Source of the DNA: Octopus vulgaris
Taxonomy: Eukaryota
Direction: 5' to 3'
NCBI GenBank assembly: GCA_951406725.2
Contig: OX597822.1
Coordinates: 94,612,001 to 94,676,000 of the forward strand
Length of the DNA stretch: 64,000 nucleotides
In this document: positions 50,192 through 63,437 of the stretch, one piece after another
How positions within the stretch are numbered: the stretch's first letter is position 1
Layout: every line of letters starts with the position of its first letter
Translations under genes and position numbers: made by a program
The notes under the pieces: generated by a model
Told to the model about the DNA's origin: nothing
Database searches by the model: none
What the model saw: only the letters and a program-made list of their open reading frames with translations

Positions 50192-51349
50192 GAATTACAC
50201 ATTGCTGCTCAGCTAGCTGCTGCAGTGTCGACCAATCAAGTCTTATCACGTGTACACGTAGTCAGCCAATAGCATCCCTGACAGACTCTTTGAGACAGGA
50301 CCACAACAGACAGGCACAAATGTATGAATTTTGTTAGCAGACTTAAAGACAGTAGAACTAAATTTTGCAGAAGCTAATTGGTCTGCTAATGGTTTCCAAA
50401 GTTAGCGAAAACACTAATCTGCTAAACGATAAGTTAGCTTCACTGATTAGCTGTTAGCGGATTAGTGGAACTGTGCTCACCACTACCTGTATTTAATTTA
50501 ATTATTTAAGTAAATTTGATATTTGTTTACTTTAAGGTGGTGAAGTGGTAGATTTGTTAGCACGCCGGACAAAATGTTTGGAGGCACTTCATCCATCTTT
50601 ACATTCTGGGTTCAAATTCCGCTGTGGTTGACTTTGCCGTTCATCCTTTCAGGATCAATAAATTAGGTACCAGTTGCATACTGGGGTTGATCTAATCAAC
50701 TGGCCCCCTCCCCCGAAATTTCAGGCCTTGTGCCAAGAGTAGAAAAAAAAAATCCTTTGATAAAATATGTACCAGTTGAGCGCTAGGGTCAATGATATCA
50801 ACTTATCCCCTCCCCCAAAGTTGCTGGCTTTGCACCAAAATTTGAAATCAGTATTTGTTTACTTTAGAATGTGTTGATCAAGTTGACCCCACTTGGTTCA
50901 GGAAAACCAGTAATCCAGTTTGGCTTTGGAACCAAAGTTTCCAGAATATCGGTGTTGTATCTGTATACTGGTCTAGTGAAGGGCAAGAGGGGGGGGGGTC
51001 AGAGTGAAGAAGATGATGTGGTTAACAGAGGCATGTATCTTGGGTGTGCTAGGTGTGCATTGTATACCCATCAAAAATAGCAAATTCATTATAAATATTA
51101 ACCTTACTCACTAATATAATCACAAATCTTAATGGAAAACTTTTGTTATAACCCTACTTGTAATTTGGTGGTAGTGGGTGTGGCAGTACATCCAATACAA
51201 AAACCACCATATGCCACTGGTGGTCAGCTCAAATGGAGGAGATGATGGAGGGGTTTATAAGTGATAAGGAGATGGGGAAAAGGTAGTAAGCAATAGGTAG
51301 ATGAGAGGAAGGTTCAATGATGCAAGGTGAGGAGGGGAGCAAATGTAGA

Positions 51350-51628
51350 CTTAGTTAAGTTAAGTTAAGTTAATTTTTTGGCTCAAAAAGCAAAAAGCAA
51401 GGCCACATAGGGGGACATGGAGTTATGTACAGAGAGGGTGTTCATGCAAAGAGTTCAGGCCATTTCTGGTCAAGAGAGACTTTGAACCGAACGGTCGTCA
51501 GCATCTTCACTATCTCGTCCTGCAGCTTATTCCACGAATCCGCAACCCGGACGGAGAAAGCCCCTCTTCTTCGATTGAGATGAAATCGTTACAGATAGAG
51601 CTTTTCGGAGTGACCCTGTAGCCGACTT
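51350..51628 (-). mobile_element. CR1-clade LINE 3' end with (TTAAC)n tail
   Basis: RLQGHSEKLYL*RFHLNRRRGAFSVRVADSWNKL.DEIV...RFKVSLD. Confidence 0.82.
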
Positions 51629-51969
51629 GATAGGATGCAAAAAAAAAAAAATTCAGCCTCTAAATACTAACTACCTTTGTGTCATGCAATATCAGTGCAT
51701 GTACAGCAAAGTGCAAATGTGTTGTGAGAAAAACTGGGCATAAATTGAACCTAATGTGTGCAAGAGAAAAAATTGTGCTAGCATAATCATGTGATGCATA
51801 CGAATGAAGTAAACTCTATGAAGAAATGCTAATCACTTAAGGTGGATGGAATTTGTAGTAGAGGGAATCCAAGAAGATATGGGATGAAGTAGTGAAGGCT
51901 GATATCGGGATGTTGAGCCTCATGGAGAAGATGACAAAGTACTGAAATGACAGGCAATTTGTTGAACTA

Positions 51970-53392
51970 GAGAATGATGAACTAGGCTGAAGGTGTGGTG
52001 AATGATAAATATTAGTATGGAGGGTGGAGGTAGGTGAAAAAAATAGGAGTGGCTCAAAAAGGAGGAGGTTATAAGTGGCAGTAAAAGAAGGGTGGAGAGT
52101 AGCAGTATAATAACACTGTAGACAGATAAGAAAAAGAGAGATGATGTGCAGGGTAGGAGAGTAGGGAGAAAGCAATCTGTCATAGTGAAAAGGAGGTTTT
52201 AAAATCTTAAAAGCATTATGTTTATGTCTGTACACTCACTGTGCCCTCATTATGCCTATGTTTGTACACCCGGCACCTAATGTGTCTCTGTCAAGCCTTC
52301 TCTACTTCCCATCTGCGTAACATCTATCCCTCCATCACTCTTCTAACTACAGTACTATTCAACTGCTGTAACCACATGAGAGCAAAATCTGCACATATTT
52401 CTTCCCCTTTGGTATTACCAGTTACTGTCCCCTTTCTTTCTGGAACTGCTTCCTTTTAACATCAATCTCTCATTCTCAGTATCATCCCTTCCCACTTTAT
52501 TTTCTGTTAATCACCCACTTCTGTGCCTCCGGTTTATCTATCCATCCCCACTGAGCTTTTGCCTTTCATCCTTTCGGGGTCGATAAATAAAGTACCAGTT
52601 TCCAACCGGGGTCGATGTAATCGACTTAATCCCTTTGTCTGTCCTTGTTTGTCCCTTGCCATACCTCATCTTCAATACCCTGTCATATCTACTCTCAACA
52701 CCCCACCTTTAACCCTCACTCTTTATAACCACCCTTTCATACTGCTAGCCTCCATCTCTGTACCTGCACATCTTTTGCTTTCTCCCTACTCTCCTACCCT
52801 GCACATCATCTCTCTTTTTCTTATCTGTCTACAATGTTATTATACTGCTACTCTCCACCCTTCTTTTACTGCCACTTATAACCTCCTCCTTTTTGAGCCA
52901 CTCCTATTTTTTTCACCTACCTCCACCCTCCATACTAATACTCTCTCTTTTACTCTTTTACTTGTTTCAGTCATTTGACTGCGGCCATGCTGGAGCACCG
53001 CCTTTAATCGAGCAACTCGACCCCGGGACTTATTCTTTTTGTAAGCCCAGTACTTATTCTATCGGTCTTTTTTGCCAAACCGCTAAGTAACGGGGACATA
53101 AACACACCAGCATCAGTTGTCAAGCAATGCTAGGGGGACAAAAACAGACACACAAACACACACACGCATATATATATACACATATATACGACGGGCTTCT
53201 TTCAGTTTCCGTCTACCAAATCCACTCACAAGGCTTTGGTCAGCCCGAGGCTATAGTAGAAGACACTTGCCCAAGGTGCCACGCAGTGGGACTGAACCCA
53301 GAACCATGTGGTTGGTAAACAAGCTACTTACCACACAGCTACTCCTGTGCCTTTATTTATCATTCACCACACCTTCAGCCTTGTTCATCATT
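51970..53392. repeat. ~200-bp inverted duplication with one arm split by a SINE
   Basis: 51972-52175 is the reverse complement of 52775-52940 plus 53355-53392; the ORF track shows the same peptide on both strands. Confidence 0.9.
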
Positions 53393-53670
53393 CCCTACAT
53401 TCACCTTTACTCCTATCTCTAACCATGTGTTACTCTTCTCTTACATTCTCGCAAACTTACTCTCCCACCCTTAGCAAACCTCTGTCCATATTCTCTCTTC
53501 TACTCAGGTTCTTGTACCTTGAATGTATGCTCTGACATTTCATTGTTACCATCTTATCTTCTTTCCAGTCACTCCCATCTCCCTTAATATGTGGGGTAGC
53601 CATATATCTCCTCTATGGCCAGATACCTGTACCTATCCCCCCAGCGAACTTCAACCTCTCAACACCAAGC

Positions 53671-54511
53671 TTAACCCTTTCGATACCAACCTGGCTGAAA
53701 CCACTTCTGGCTCTGTAGTACAACTGTCTTGTTTTCAAAAGTTCTGAATTAAAATCTTCCACCAAACCTTAGTCACAATTTATGTTCCTAACACTAGCTT
53801 AATGATTACTAAGTTATTTCGTTAAATTCTTTGTTATCATCATCATCGTTTAACGTCCATTTTCCATGCTAGCATGGGTTGGATCATTCAACTGGGGTCT
53901 GGGAAGCCAGAAGGTTGCGCCAGGCCCAGTCTGATCTGGCAGTGTTTCTACAGCTGGATGCCCTCCGTGAGTGTAGTGGGTGCTTTTTATGTGCCACATG
54001 CACAGGTGCCAGACGAGGCTGGCAAACGGCCACGATTGGATGGTGCTTTTTACATGCCACCGGCACGGGGGCCAGACGAGGCTGGCAACGGCCACAATCG
54101 GATAGTGCGTTTTATGTGCCACCGGCACGGAGGCCAGTCGGGGTGGCGCTGGCAACGGCCACGTTCGGATGGTTCTCTTACGTGCCACTGGCACTGGTAT
54201 CACAGCTTCTGCCACAATTGAAAGAAACACAGAGTATATCAAAATTAATATGGTAATGAAAGGTGGCAAGCTGGCAGAAACGCTAGCACACCGGGTGAAA
54301 TGCGTAGCCGTATTTCGTCTGCCATTACGTTCTGAGTTCAAAATTCCGCCGAGGTCGACTTTGCCTTTCATCCTTCCGGGGGTCGATAAATTAAGTACCA
54401 GTTATGCACTGGGGTCGATGTAATCGACTTAATCCTTTTGTCTGTCCTTGTTTGTCCCCTCTGTGTTTAGCCCCTTGTGGGTAGTAAAGAAATAGGTAAC
54501 GAAAGGGTTAA
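53671..54511. mobile_element. piggyBac-like MITE (family 2) with nested RTE tail and SINE
   Basis: TTAACCCTTTCGATACC ... GGTAACGAAAGGGTTAA; a related fragment lies at ~10875-11097. Confidence 0.7.
53836..54210 (-). mobile_element. RTE 3'-UTR fragment nested in a piggyBac-like MITE
   Basis: Same UTR sequence and tail. Confidence 0.8.
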
Positions 54512-54786
54512 AGCCACTTTATTATCTACAACAAACCCACTCAGTTGAGAGAATTTTTCTTCTTTTTTTTTTTACATCTCATTCCTACTTAAAAGTATAT
54601 GTTCTGTTAGAACAGACTATACTGCAGTAGTTATCACGAGAGAAACTCTCATAATGGCTTTGTGTGCAAAATGCACTCTTGTTTATATTGCCAGCAGGGA
54701 GATAAATTCTTGCAGCGAAAACCAATACGAGAGTTTCATTCATGGTAATTACCTCAGTATATTTTGCTCTAACAGAACATCCACGT

Positions 54787-55014
54787 TTAACCCTTTAGCA
54801 TTTAAACCGGCCATATCCGGCCAAAAATATTCTGCCTGTTTTATGTTCAAACTGGCCAGATCTGGTCTCTCACACCAGCCCTACAATATCGTTTTAAAAA
54901 TTAACAGCTACCTCATCAAAATCTCATAGCTCCAAGATAATGCATGATTACTTCAAAACAATGTGGATAAAAAAGCATTAATTTTGGCAGAATAACGTGA
55001 ACACTAAAGGGTTA
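54787..55014. mobile_element. piggyBac-like MITE (family 1)
   Basis: TTAA-CCCTTTAG ... CTAAAGGG-TTAA ends. Confidence 0.8.
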
Positions 55015-55557
55015 AGCAGGGATAAATATTACCTCTCAGTGTTAATGCTACCTCTGTTACTAATAAATAATTTTTCTTCTGTCCTGTGAGTTACTTGGTA
55101 GCCTCACTAGTGCCATTGTCATAAGAAAACTACCCAGTGCAGTCTGTAAAGTGGTTGGCACTAGAAGGGGTATCTGGCCATAGAAACCATGCCAAAGCAG
55201 ATATTGAAGCTCAATGCAGTTCTCTGGCTCTTCGGATCCTGTCAAACCTGAACAACTGCATGGAAAACAGACACTGAATGGTGATAATAACGATTATAAT
55301 GATGGGATATGTTCATGCACCATGTAGCATAATGATGATAATAATTGTGATAATGGTTCATGTATAAATATATATTATGTATACAGAAACATTGCATTTA
55401 TTTGCACATATATGCATGTTCCTTTGTATGCATTTTATATCTTTTATATGTTGCACATGCCCAGTTATACATACACCCACATAGAATTAAATTTATTTAT
55501 ATGTATGTAAAAAATATGCATGCATACACATACATGCAAATGTGTGCATTTATCTAT

Positions 55558-55676
<119 letters not shown>

Positions 55677-55759
55677 TGTATGTATGTATATTGTGTGAAG
55701 AAGATGACGAAAAAGAGAGCGAAAATAGAATGTGCATGAGACGAGGCAATGTGGGTGTT

Positions 55760-55860
55760 CAATGCGCAAGTCGGTAACCTCATAGTGCGGCGCCCACGTG
55801 ACCACGGTTGGCTGTGACGTCAGAAACAGCCCAAGTCGGCTCCACCAAGCCACATAGTTA
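55760..55860 (+). promoter_or_regulatory. Probable promoter: E-box CACGTGAC (55795-55802) and full CRE TGACGTCA (55815-55822)
   Basis: CpG-dense patch with two adjacent palindromic motifs, ~370 bp upstream of an ATG and splice donor; a pyrimidine-rich leader follows. Confidence 0.65.
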
Positions 55861-56191
55861 CTATCGCACTCGTCTTTCTACTCCCTCTCTCTTTGTCTTT
55901 CTGTCTCTCTTTCTATCTGTCCCCACCACTTTTTGTTTACCTTCCACTCTCTAATTCCCTCTGTCTGTCGCTCTTTCATTTATCCTAACTACTGCCATCA
56001 ACAGTTCGACAAACAAATTACCGCTAATACTTTTTTTATCTACTACTTTCCCCACCACATTACAAAAGAAAAATCCACGCTTCGCTCAGGTTTATAATAA
56101 CACGGACAACAACAACAACAACAACAATAATAATATCACATTAGATCTATTAAAAAAAAAAGGGTGAAACCTTGCCAAAAGTCCAAAAGTT

Positions 56192-56347
56192 ATGGCGCCT
56201 AATCAGGACACAGCCCAGCAGAAGATGCTTGAGGCCGAGAAACACCGTAACCCGCATCTTATGAAGCACCCCTGCAAACCCCTGTGTGCAAACACTGCCT
56301 ATAGCTGCAACAAACTTTGGTTGTTCCTTTACACTCTACTCTACGTG
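56192..56347 (+). CDS. Probable first coding exon of an unidentified host gene (52 aa, ending in a hydrophobic segment)
   Basis: ATGGCG start; non-repetitive, GC-richer peptide MAPNQDTAQQKMLEAEKHRNPHLMKHPCKPLCANTAYSCNKLWLFLYTLLYV; consensus donor GTG|GTGAGT at 56348, phase 0; promoter motifs upstream. Confidence 0.62.
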
Positions 56348-56419
56348 GTGAGTACTATATTTCTTATAACTTTTTTTCGGCCCTTAAACATCTAAATGAA
56401 CAAGGGTGTCTCTATTTAG

Positions 56420-56840
56420 TCGTTTGACATGCTAGAAACAACAGCAAAAATGTCTGTTAAATCATATCCTTCCGTGTTAAAAAAAGAAAGTAAGATCACA
56501 TTGGATAATGTCTTACACACACTGTACCTTAAAAGAAATGGGGGTGCTCATGGCTGGAAAGCTTTTTGCCCATTTGTCTGCTTCAGGGTTGACCTGATGC
56601 TTAGCCTACAGCAATAACAAACAAAGATAGTGTGCCTTTATTTGGTTACTTGACCTGTTTGATATATCAACTAAGTCTCCCTCAAATCATCTCCCATCGT
56701 CTTAAAGAATGACAACAGAAAACAGCCACGTTAGATAATATAGTGTACTCAAGATACGTTTTGTTTGAAAATAAGATGCTCAAACGCCTTCGATTTCAGT
56801 TTCTGCACAATCAAGGTGGTGATCTTTCAGCCAAGCAACA
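56420..56840. repeat. Old dispersed repeat family (also ~7420-7830, 9900-10070, 57255-57430, and reversed at 58120-58370)
   Basis: Recurring degenerate CTAGAAA(T/C)A(A/G)CAGCCAAAT.TCCCTCAAAT.. and GTTGACCTG.GGCT motifs. Confidence 0.6.
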
Positions 56841-58046
56841 TCTAAACGAACGGCGTAGAATAAAGGTTGACCCCCCCAGTATGATTCGAGTCTCTAGAGT
56901 GGTTTCGATTCCTGGTTTGATAATTCATTTCAGCTACATTGGTCCACGACCCTCGGTCAACACAAACATCACGCATAACGAATGTCCTCGGAGCACTTCT
57001 TTCGATGACAGTTTTAACACTACTGATATTTAACGCGTATTTAATTACTGGTAAATGATTTTTCAGTTTTGTTCACAAATACACGATGACTTTTATTTAC
57101 TGAATAGCTAATGAAGAGGCTGTGTCATTCATGCTTTCTTTTAAAAAAGCACGAATGATGCGAGTAGATATCGAAATAAAACGCTAAAAATCGAGAAACG
57201 AAACCTGGTAACAGAATTCTGCTTTTTAATCTCGAACCAATGAAAGAGCTTCTATGTTGTCACTGGACCTGCGAGAAACAGCAGCCAAATTTCCCTCAAA
57301 TTACACCATAGCGTTTTATCAGGGAAGCACACTAGGTGCCGACATCCTGCGGACACTTTCGGGATGGTCACGGGCTGTGATACCTTTCATCATAATCTAC
57401 TCAAATCGGGTTGACCTAGGGCTGTACAACTTTTAATTTATTGCACTGTCTAGTTGTTAGACAAACACATATGCATTCGCATACATTTTGCGTGTATATA
57501 TATTATTATATGCGTGTATATGTCCATTGCAATCTATTTAAAAGCATTCAATAAAGATTAAAGCCTGAGATTTTTGCGTGTAAAAATATATCATATGATG
57601 TTCATGCTTGGAAAAGGCATGAACATCACAACGTCATTTCCGTGTCCTTTTAAATCCAAGTCTTTGTCTCAACCACAAATCAATACATACACACATACAT
57701 ATGCATACATTCAAATGTGCGTATGTATAAATATATATATGGTACTTATATATATATATATATATATATCGTCATTAAATCATAAATCCGAAATATTTAT
57801 ACTTAGAGTATATATATATATATATATATATGGGTGTATATATATATGGGTGTATGCATATATGGTTACGTTTTTTGTTGCTAGGGACGAAAGTTTAAAT
57901 TAGAAGCTGATTTAATGGTGCGAAAATAGTTGTTTATGAAAATATATGTAAACAATTTTTTTTTTAATGTTTTCCTGCAGCTGTATTTGATCTCACACTT
58001 TCCCCCCTTTGCAAATTATTATCAAATTTTGATTTATTCAAATGAT

Positions 58047-58083
<37 letters not shown>

Positions 58084-61000
58084 ACCCCTCCATGACCATT
58101 AAATTCTAACATTGTCTCGTTCTCGAACCTCAGGTCAGCTTTGTTGAAACAGACAGACCCATGATCAAAAACGTTCCTTTCGTGACCAACCCGTCTTTTT
58201 TTTTCTTCAGCTGTAGTTTGTCTACGACTACATTATCCAATGTTCCAATGTATCATACTGTTTTGTGCATGTGTGTGCTCGTTATTAAGATGTTAAGGGT
58301 TTGATTTGAAGCAAATACTGTTGCTATTTTTAGCAGTTTTGGCGACCAGCAAGAGTCTTTCTCTTTGGTTTTTGATTGCATAAGGACCCCCACGTTGTGT
58401 GGGTTGCAGTTGATCTTTATAGCTTATCTGGTTTGTTACTGTGTATATATATATTAGAGTGGTTCAACGTGCATGCTTGAATTTATGGCATGATATTTTT
58501 TAGTTTACGGATGTTTTCTTTTGCGCTTAGGTGAATGATTTATCATACTATTATTGCGTATGATTTTGTATGTGTTTGCGATCACGGTGTTGATGTTTAA
58601 ATATGTGTATGTAAGTAATGACAATGTGTGTGTGTGTGATTCGATCACATATTTCCGAAAGAAAACTTTAAATTCTTTGGATATTAATTCCAATAAAGTG
58701 ATTCAGTTTTGAGCAAAAATTGCGAGTGGAATGCTTTTAGTCTAATTAGCTATTTTATTGCGCAGGGTGTCTCGAAAATGAGCACAGGTTTCGTTTTAAC
58801 TATACCCTAAGAAATATCTCAATTTTAATACTAACCACTCAAGAGAAACCCGTTGTATGTTTTATGTAACCTATAAATCAACAAATATGGAACAATTTTT
58901 ACGAGGAATATATCTTCTGCCGTGAGTGAGTGTGACACTTATTAATAATCATTTCTAACACAGGCACACGGCCTGAAATTTTAGGGGAAGGGGTTAGTCT
59001 GTACCATCATCCTCAGAACTTGATTGATAATTTATTTTATCGACCACAAAAAGGATAGAAGGGTAGAGTTGATTTCGACGGAGTTCGAACTCAGAAGGGA
59101 GAGATCCGGAAGAAATGTCGCACAAGGTATATTTTACCCAGCTATCTAACGAGTGTGCCGAGTTTACTGCCCTAATCGAGAAGTTGAATGGACAATTTTT
59201 TGTGCTTTCTCTGTCGGATCGTAATTGCAGACGTAACGAAAAAGGAAAGAAGCAGAGCGAAAGTGAACCGACTTCGTTTATTTTTTTTTTTCTTCCGCCT
59301 ACACAAACAGGCAACTCCCCTGGTAGACACTTATCCTGGATACATACATACATAAACCAAACACACACACGCACACTTACTATCTGCTACCACCCTTAAT
59401 TGACTTGTGTAAACTAAGTTCTTACTGCTGTGGGTGGAGAATATATTTCATGCTTCACACATTTTCATTTTATCTCTCTCTCACACACACTTTTTCACAC
59501 TCTCTCTCTCTGTTTATAACAATATATTTCCCTGAAAGAAAATAAAGCGAAACCAATAATGGAGATGAGATGAGAGGAGATGTCAGCTATATCTTCTCCA
59601 TCTAGTCTGGCAATTTAACCACTTGTCTCATCGTTTGCTCGTATTCTTGTACCACCACCACCACCACCGTTTCAGCATCTCTCCTTTCTCTCCCTATATC
59701 TCCCTTTCTCTCATGAAATTTAGAAAGTTGTTATACTCCGTCTCTGTGATGGAAATAGAAACTTTTTTTTTTGCATGCCTTAATGTTACTCTATGATAAA
59801 AACCACCGAACGAATTTTTATTGCATGCGTGTTTTGGGTGAAACATTTACATACTTTCTTTAATGTTAATCGTTGCTCGCATATTTTCCTAAATGTTTTT
59901 TTTTTTTTTATCGCAACAACTTTCTCCCACCTACCCACTACATCGTACAACACACACACACATACATATATTGTGCGTTTCTTCCTCTCTCTCTCTACAA
60001 TGATATTTTCTACGTGACAGGATGATATTTCCATAATTGCATTTTAGGTGATGCTAATTGTAGGTTTATATGTGTATATATAATTGTAGGTTACACACAC
60101 ACACACCAACCAGTATACGTGCACAATTAATTGTGTATACGCTCTTGAATTTACTGCATTCGTTATATGATTATTTTATTTTGATGTCTATATGTACACA
60201 CATACACATGTATGTATGTATTTGGTTGTTTTTTTTTTTTGTATGTATGCATATGAGTGCTAATGTATTTCTTTCGGTGTATGTTGCTGGCATCAAGGGC
60301 AGTGACGCTAATTGCAATGTTGTTGGCGATGCCTGTTGTAGGGTTGCAGGTCTTAATGTACCTATAGAAGTTCCTCACGAGAGAACCCGGTTTCGAATGT
60401 AGATCGAAGACCGATTTATAAGACATTGCGCTACGCGAAAACATATATGAATGAACATCGTTAACTTCATTTATTTCTCCACTGTCTCGTTTCATATCCC
60501 GCACCCTAAATCTTATGTCTAATTAAAGACATTTACTAAGTGGGCTTATTGCTTATTTGCCAAGGTGTATGTATCTAGAAAGAAGTAGTGAAATGCTGTG
60601 ATGCAGTAGTTTTTTGGTGGAATGAACCTGCATCGTATATTTCGAATTACCAGAATTGTTGCCATTTTGCTGTTGTTGGAAATGCACGAACATCACTAAA
60701 TTCCATGTCCATTCTATCTCCATTATACATTTCGCTAGTACAAAATAAAATATCTTGTTCAGGAGATATTGATATAGACTGACGAAGTTATGTATATGTG
60801 TGTGTGTGTGTGGAAGCATTGGTCAGTCTCTTCTAAAGACCTAATTATGAAGATTAACCAACAAACTCTGGTGTGTCAGAAGTCGGTCGCTAGACTTGCT
60901 CCAAGACTTTTGTCCAGAAAAGTCATTCTATTATAATAATTTTTGTTAACTTGTTTATTCTCAATCATTCTATTTTTTTTTTTTTCATATTGCCTCGAAT

Positions 61001-61455
61001 CTTTAAAAGAACGTACTCGTTTCGTATGTATGTATGTATGGATGGATGTACGCACGAAATATATGAACGTTAAAGTATATAAATGTTGATTTGTATAATC
61101 ACTTCGGGTTTTTAGCAAGTCTTAGTAAACATGGGACCAAGCATAAAATGAAACATATATATTGTTTCTTCTTTGTGGTGGCAGTGGGGTGAATATGGAC
61201 ATGTTTCTTGATAAGATGAAGATGCGGATTTGTGATAGTTGAGTAATTTGACCTCTCTGTGTCACTGCTGTCCTACTAGGTCTGTCTGATGAAGCGTATT
61301 AACTGGTAACTTAATAACAACCTCCACTTAACACTCATGCATGACATTTCAAAAAAACAAAGAAAAGAAAAGAAATGTGGTTAGTTCCTTTTCATTATAG
61401 TAAAGCAAACTCTGTGAACACTCGAACACTCCAACTCTAAAACATAATATACACA

Positions 61456-61526
<71 letters not shown>

Positions 61527-62534
61527 TGTACACACACACAATGCTCTCTACCAATCTGTACAACCCGACATCTCGATTTCTTTGTCGTCTAGCAGTTCTG
61601 TTTCCGAGTGAAAGGGGCGGTTACATTCGAACATAGATGTTCAGCATGATATGTCCTGTCAGTCCCCGCCCGCGTCCTCCCCCAGGGTAGTACGTATGCT
61701 TTTCCAAAGTGCACCTATAGATATAATGGGACACGTGTGTGTGTGTATGCGTGTTGTTGCATATCTGAGTGCACGTGTTTGTCTGCATGAATTTGCTATT
61801 TATAGTTTTAATCGATGTTATATGTTTTATTTCGATACGCTTTTGTGAGTGTATGTATGTATATCTTGTGTACTTAACACGCTCATCATATACAGTGCCT
61901 CTGTGAGGAATTTCATCGCGGGATACAAAGTTTCTTTCCCGGGAGACCCCCTTTCTAAATGCCGATGCTGGCCTTAAATACGTGCAAACATTTTTTTCTG
62001 TGATCCCAGGAAATTCCTGCCCAAGAATGTGATGTACCCCTGCATCACTTTCTCATATGTCCTACACGCTCACACACACGCACACGTGTGCATGAGTGTG
62101 TTGATATAGCTTTTTAGAAACGGTTTCATGCAGATTAACACGTGCACCAAACAATGCATTAATATTTACAAATAATGCTCCAAAATGCATTTGCATACAC
62201 AGTTGCATGCAATGTATAAGTGTGCGCATTTTAATTATGTATGTATATCTATGCATATAAACATGTATATACATGCATGTTTCGGTATAGACAACGAGGA
62301 GCAGCTTCATATAAACACAAAAGACATTCATTAAAAATGCACCATCTCACACACATATATATACATATATACACACATAACCTCACCCATATGCAGATAC
62401 AGCGATGCTCTGCGTACATATTTGTGCCACTGTGTATTTTGAATGTTGTTTATAAGAGACGATTCCTATCTATTGTTGTATATAATGCACGCACTATTTG
62501 TCTGTCTGCATCACAGAGAAAAATCTATATATTG

Positions 62535-62713
62535 TGAGGTGTATGAGAAAGAGAGAGAGAGGAGTTCGTCCAACTAGAACGTGAACTGTAGTATACTAAT
62601 GTGTGACATATATGCACCTTCAATTGAGGTGTATGAGAAAGAGAGAGAGAGGAGTTCGTCCAACTAGAACGTGAACTGTAGTATACTAATGTGTGACATA
62701 TATGCACCTTCAA
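62535..62713. repeat. Perfect tandem duplication, 90-bp period
   Basis: TGAGGTGTATGAGAAAG...TATGCACCTTCAA occurs twice. Confidence 0.92.
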
Positions 62714-62921
62714 GTGACGTGTGTGTCTTCGCAAGAACGTCTGGTTACAATAGTAATTTTTTTTTTTCCTTAATTTCGTTTTTATGGTTGTTTCCACATT
62801 TTACACACTCAAGAAACAGCCTAACCTCAGATTATCCTGTCGTGGACGCGGACACACACACATCTTATTAATATATAGCAGAAGTAACGAAGTGACCCAA
62901 GGTCTGAGAGTTTCTGCTAAA

Positions 62922-63339
62922 GGATCTTTTCGGTTTGAACGGCAGTTTTTAAAAATAATTTCCACGTAACTAAACACTTTTAAACTTCGTATACTGGTAG
63001 AATGTGTTTTTAAAACATCTTTTTCTCTTGGCTTTATTGAGAAAATTCTATAGTTTGTAAGCTATTTGTTGTTTTTTCTTCTTCAATTTCTGCAATTTCA
63101 ACCAATCAGTGACGTCTATTGAGTTAAAAAGCATTCTGTGCTGTACGAATATGTCCTTCGTTTAAGAAACAGATTGGGTTTATTTACATTTGTGAAGAAA
63201 AAAAGATACCCTTCCCCCCACCCCTACCCCTAACCCTAAAACAGATTGAAATGCAATAGATCGATACTAGGGTCATAATTATGGGTGACAATTTCATATG
63301 ACACCACTAGAAAAAACTGCCGGTCAAACGAAAAGATCC
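62922..63339. mobile_element. Second copy of the same MITE, in opposite orientation
   Basis: TSD CTGCTAAA at 62914-62921 and 63340-63347; the interior is the reverse complement of 49757-50191. Confidence 0.92.
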
Positions 63340-63437
63340 CTGCTAAATATTAATAAAAAATATATACATATACTCATATTTTGAGTTCTATTTCTCCTGT
63401 TTACATCAACATACCCCCCACACACACATACACATAT

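Larger units (their letters stand above)
46626..50485 (-). mobile_element. hAT transposon with BED zinc-finger transposase remnant and several nested insertions
   Basis: Imperfect TIRs CAGTGGTAGGCA / TGCTCACCACTA; 8-bp TSD TCTGTATT / CCTGTATT (7 of 8 match); GCTAA/TTAGC subterminal repeats; ORF 49347-49736 PWPHLEDYF..CVMC..NLKSHAKKKH. Confidence 0.85.

Noticed and set aside
61286-61300. Other CTGATGA hits (4677, 31805, 39378, 45653, 61286) as hammerheads
   Set aside because: No properly spaced GAAA..UH or supporting stems were found.
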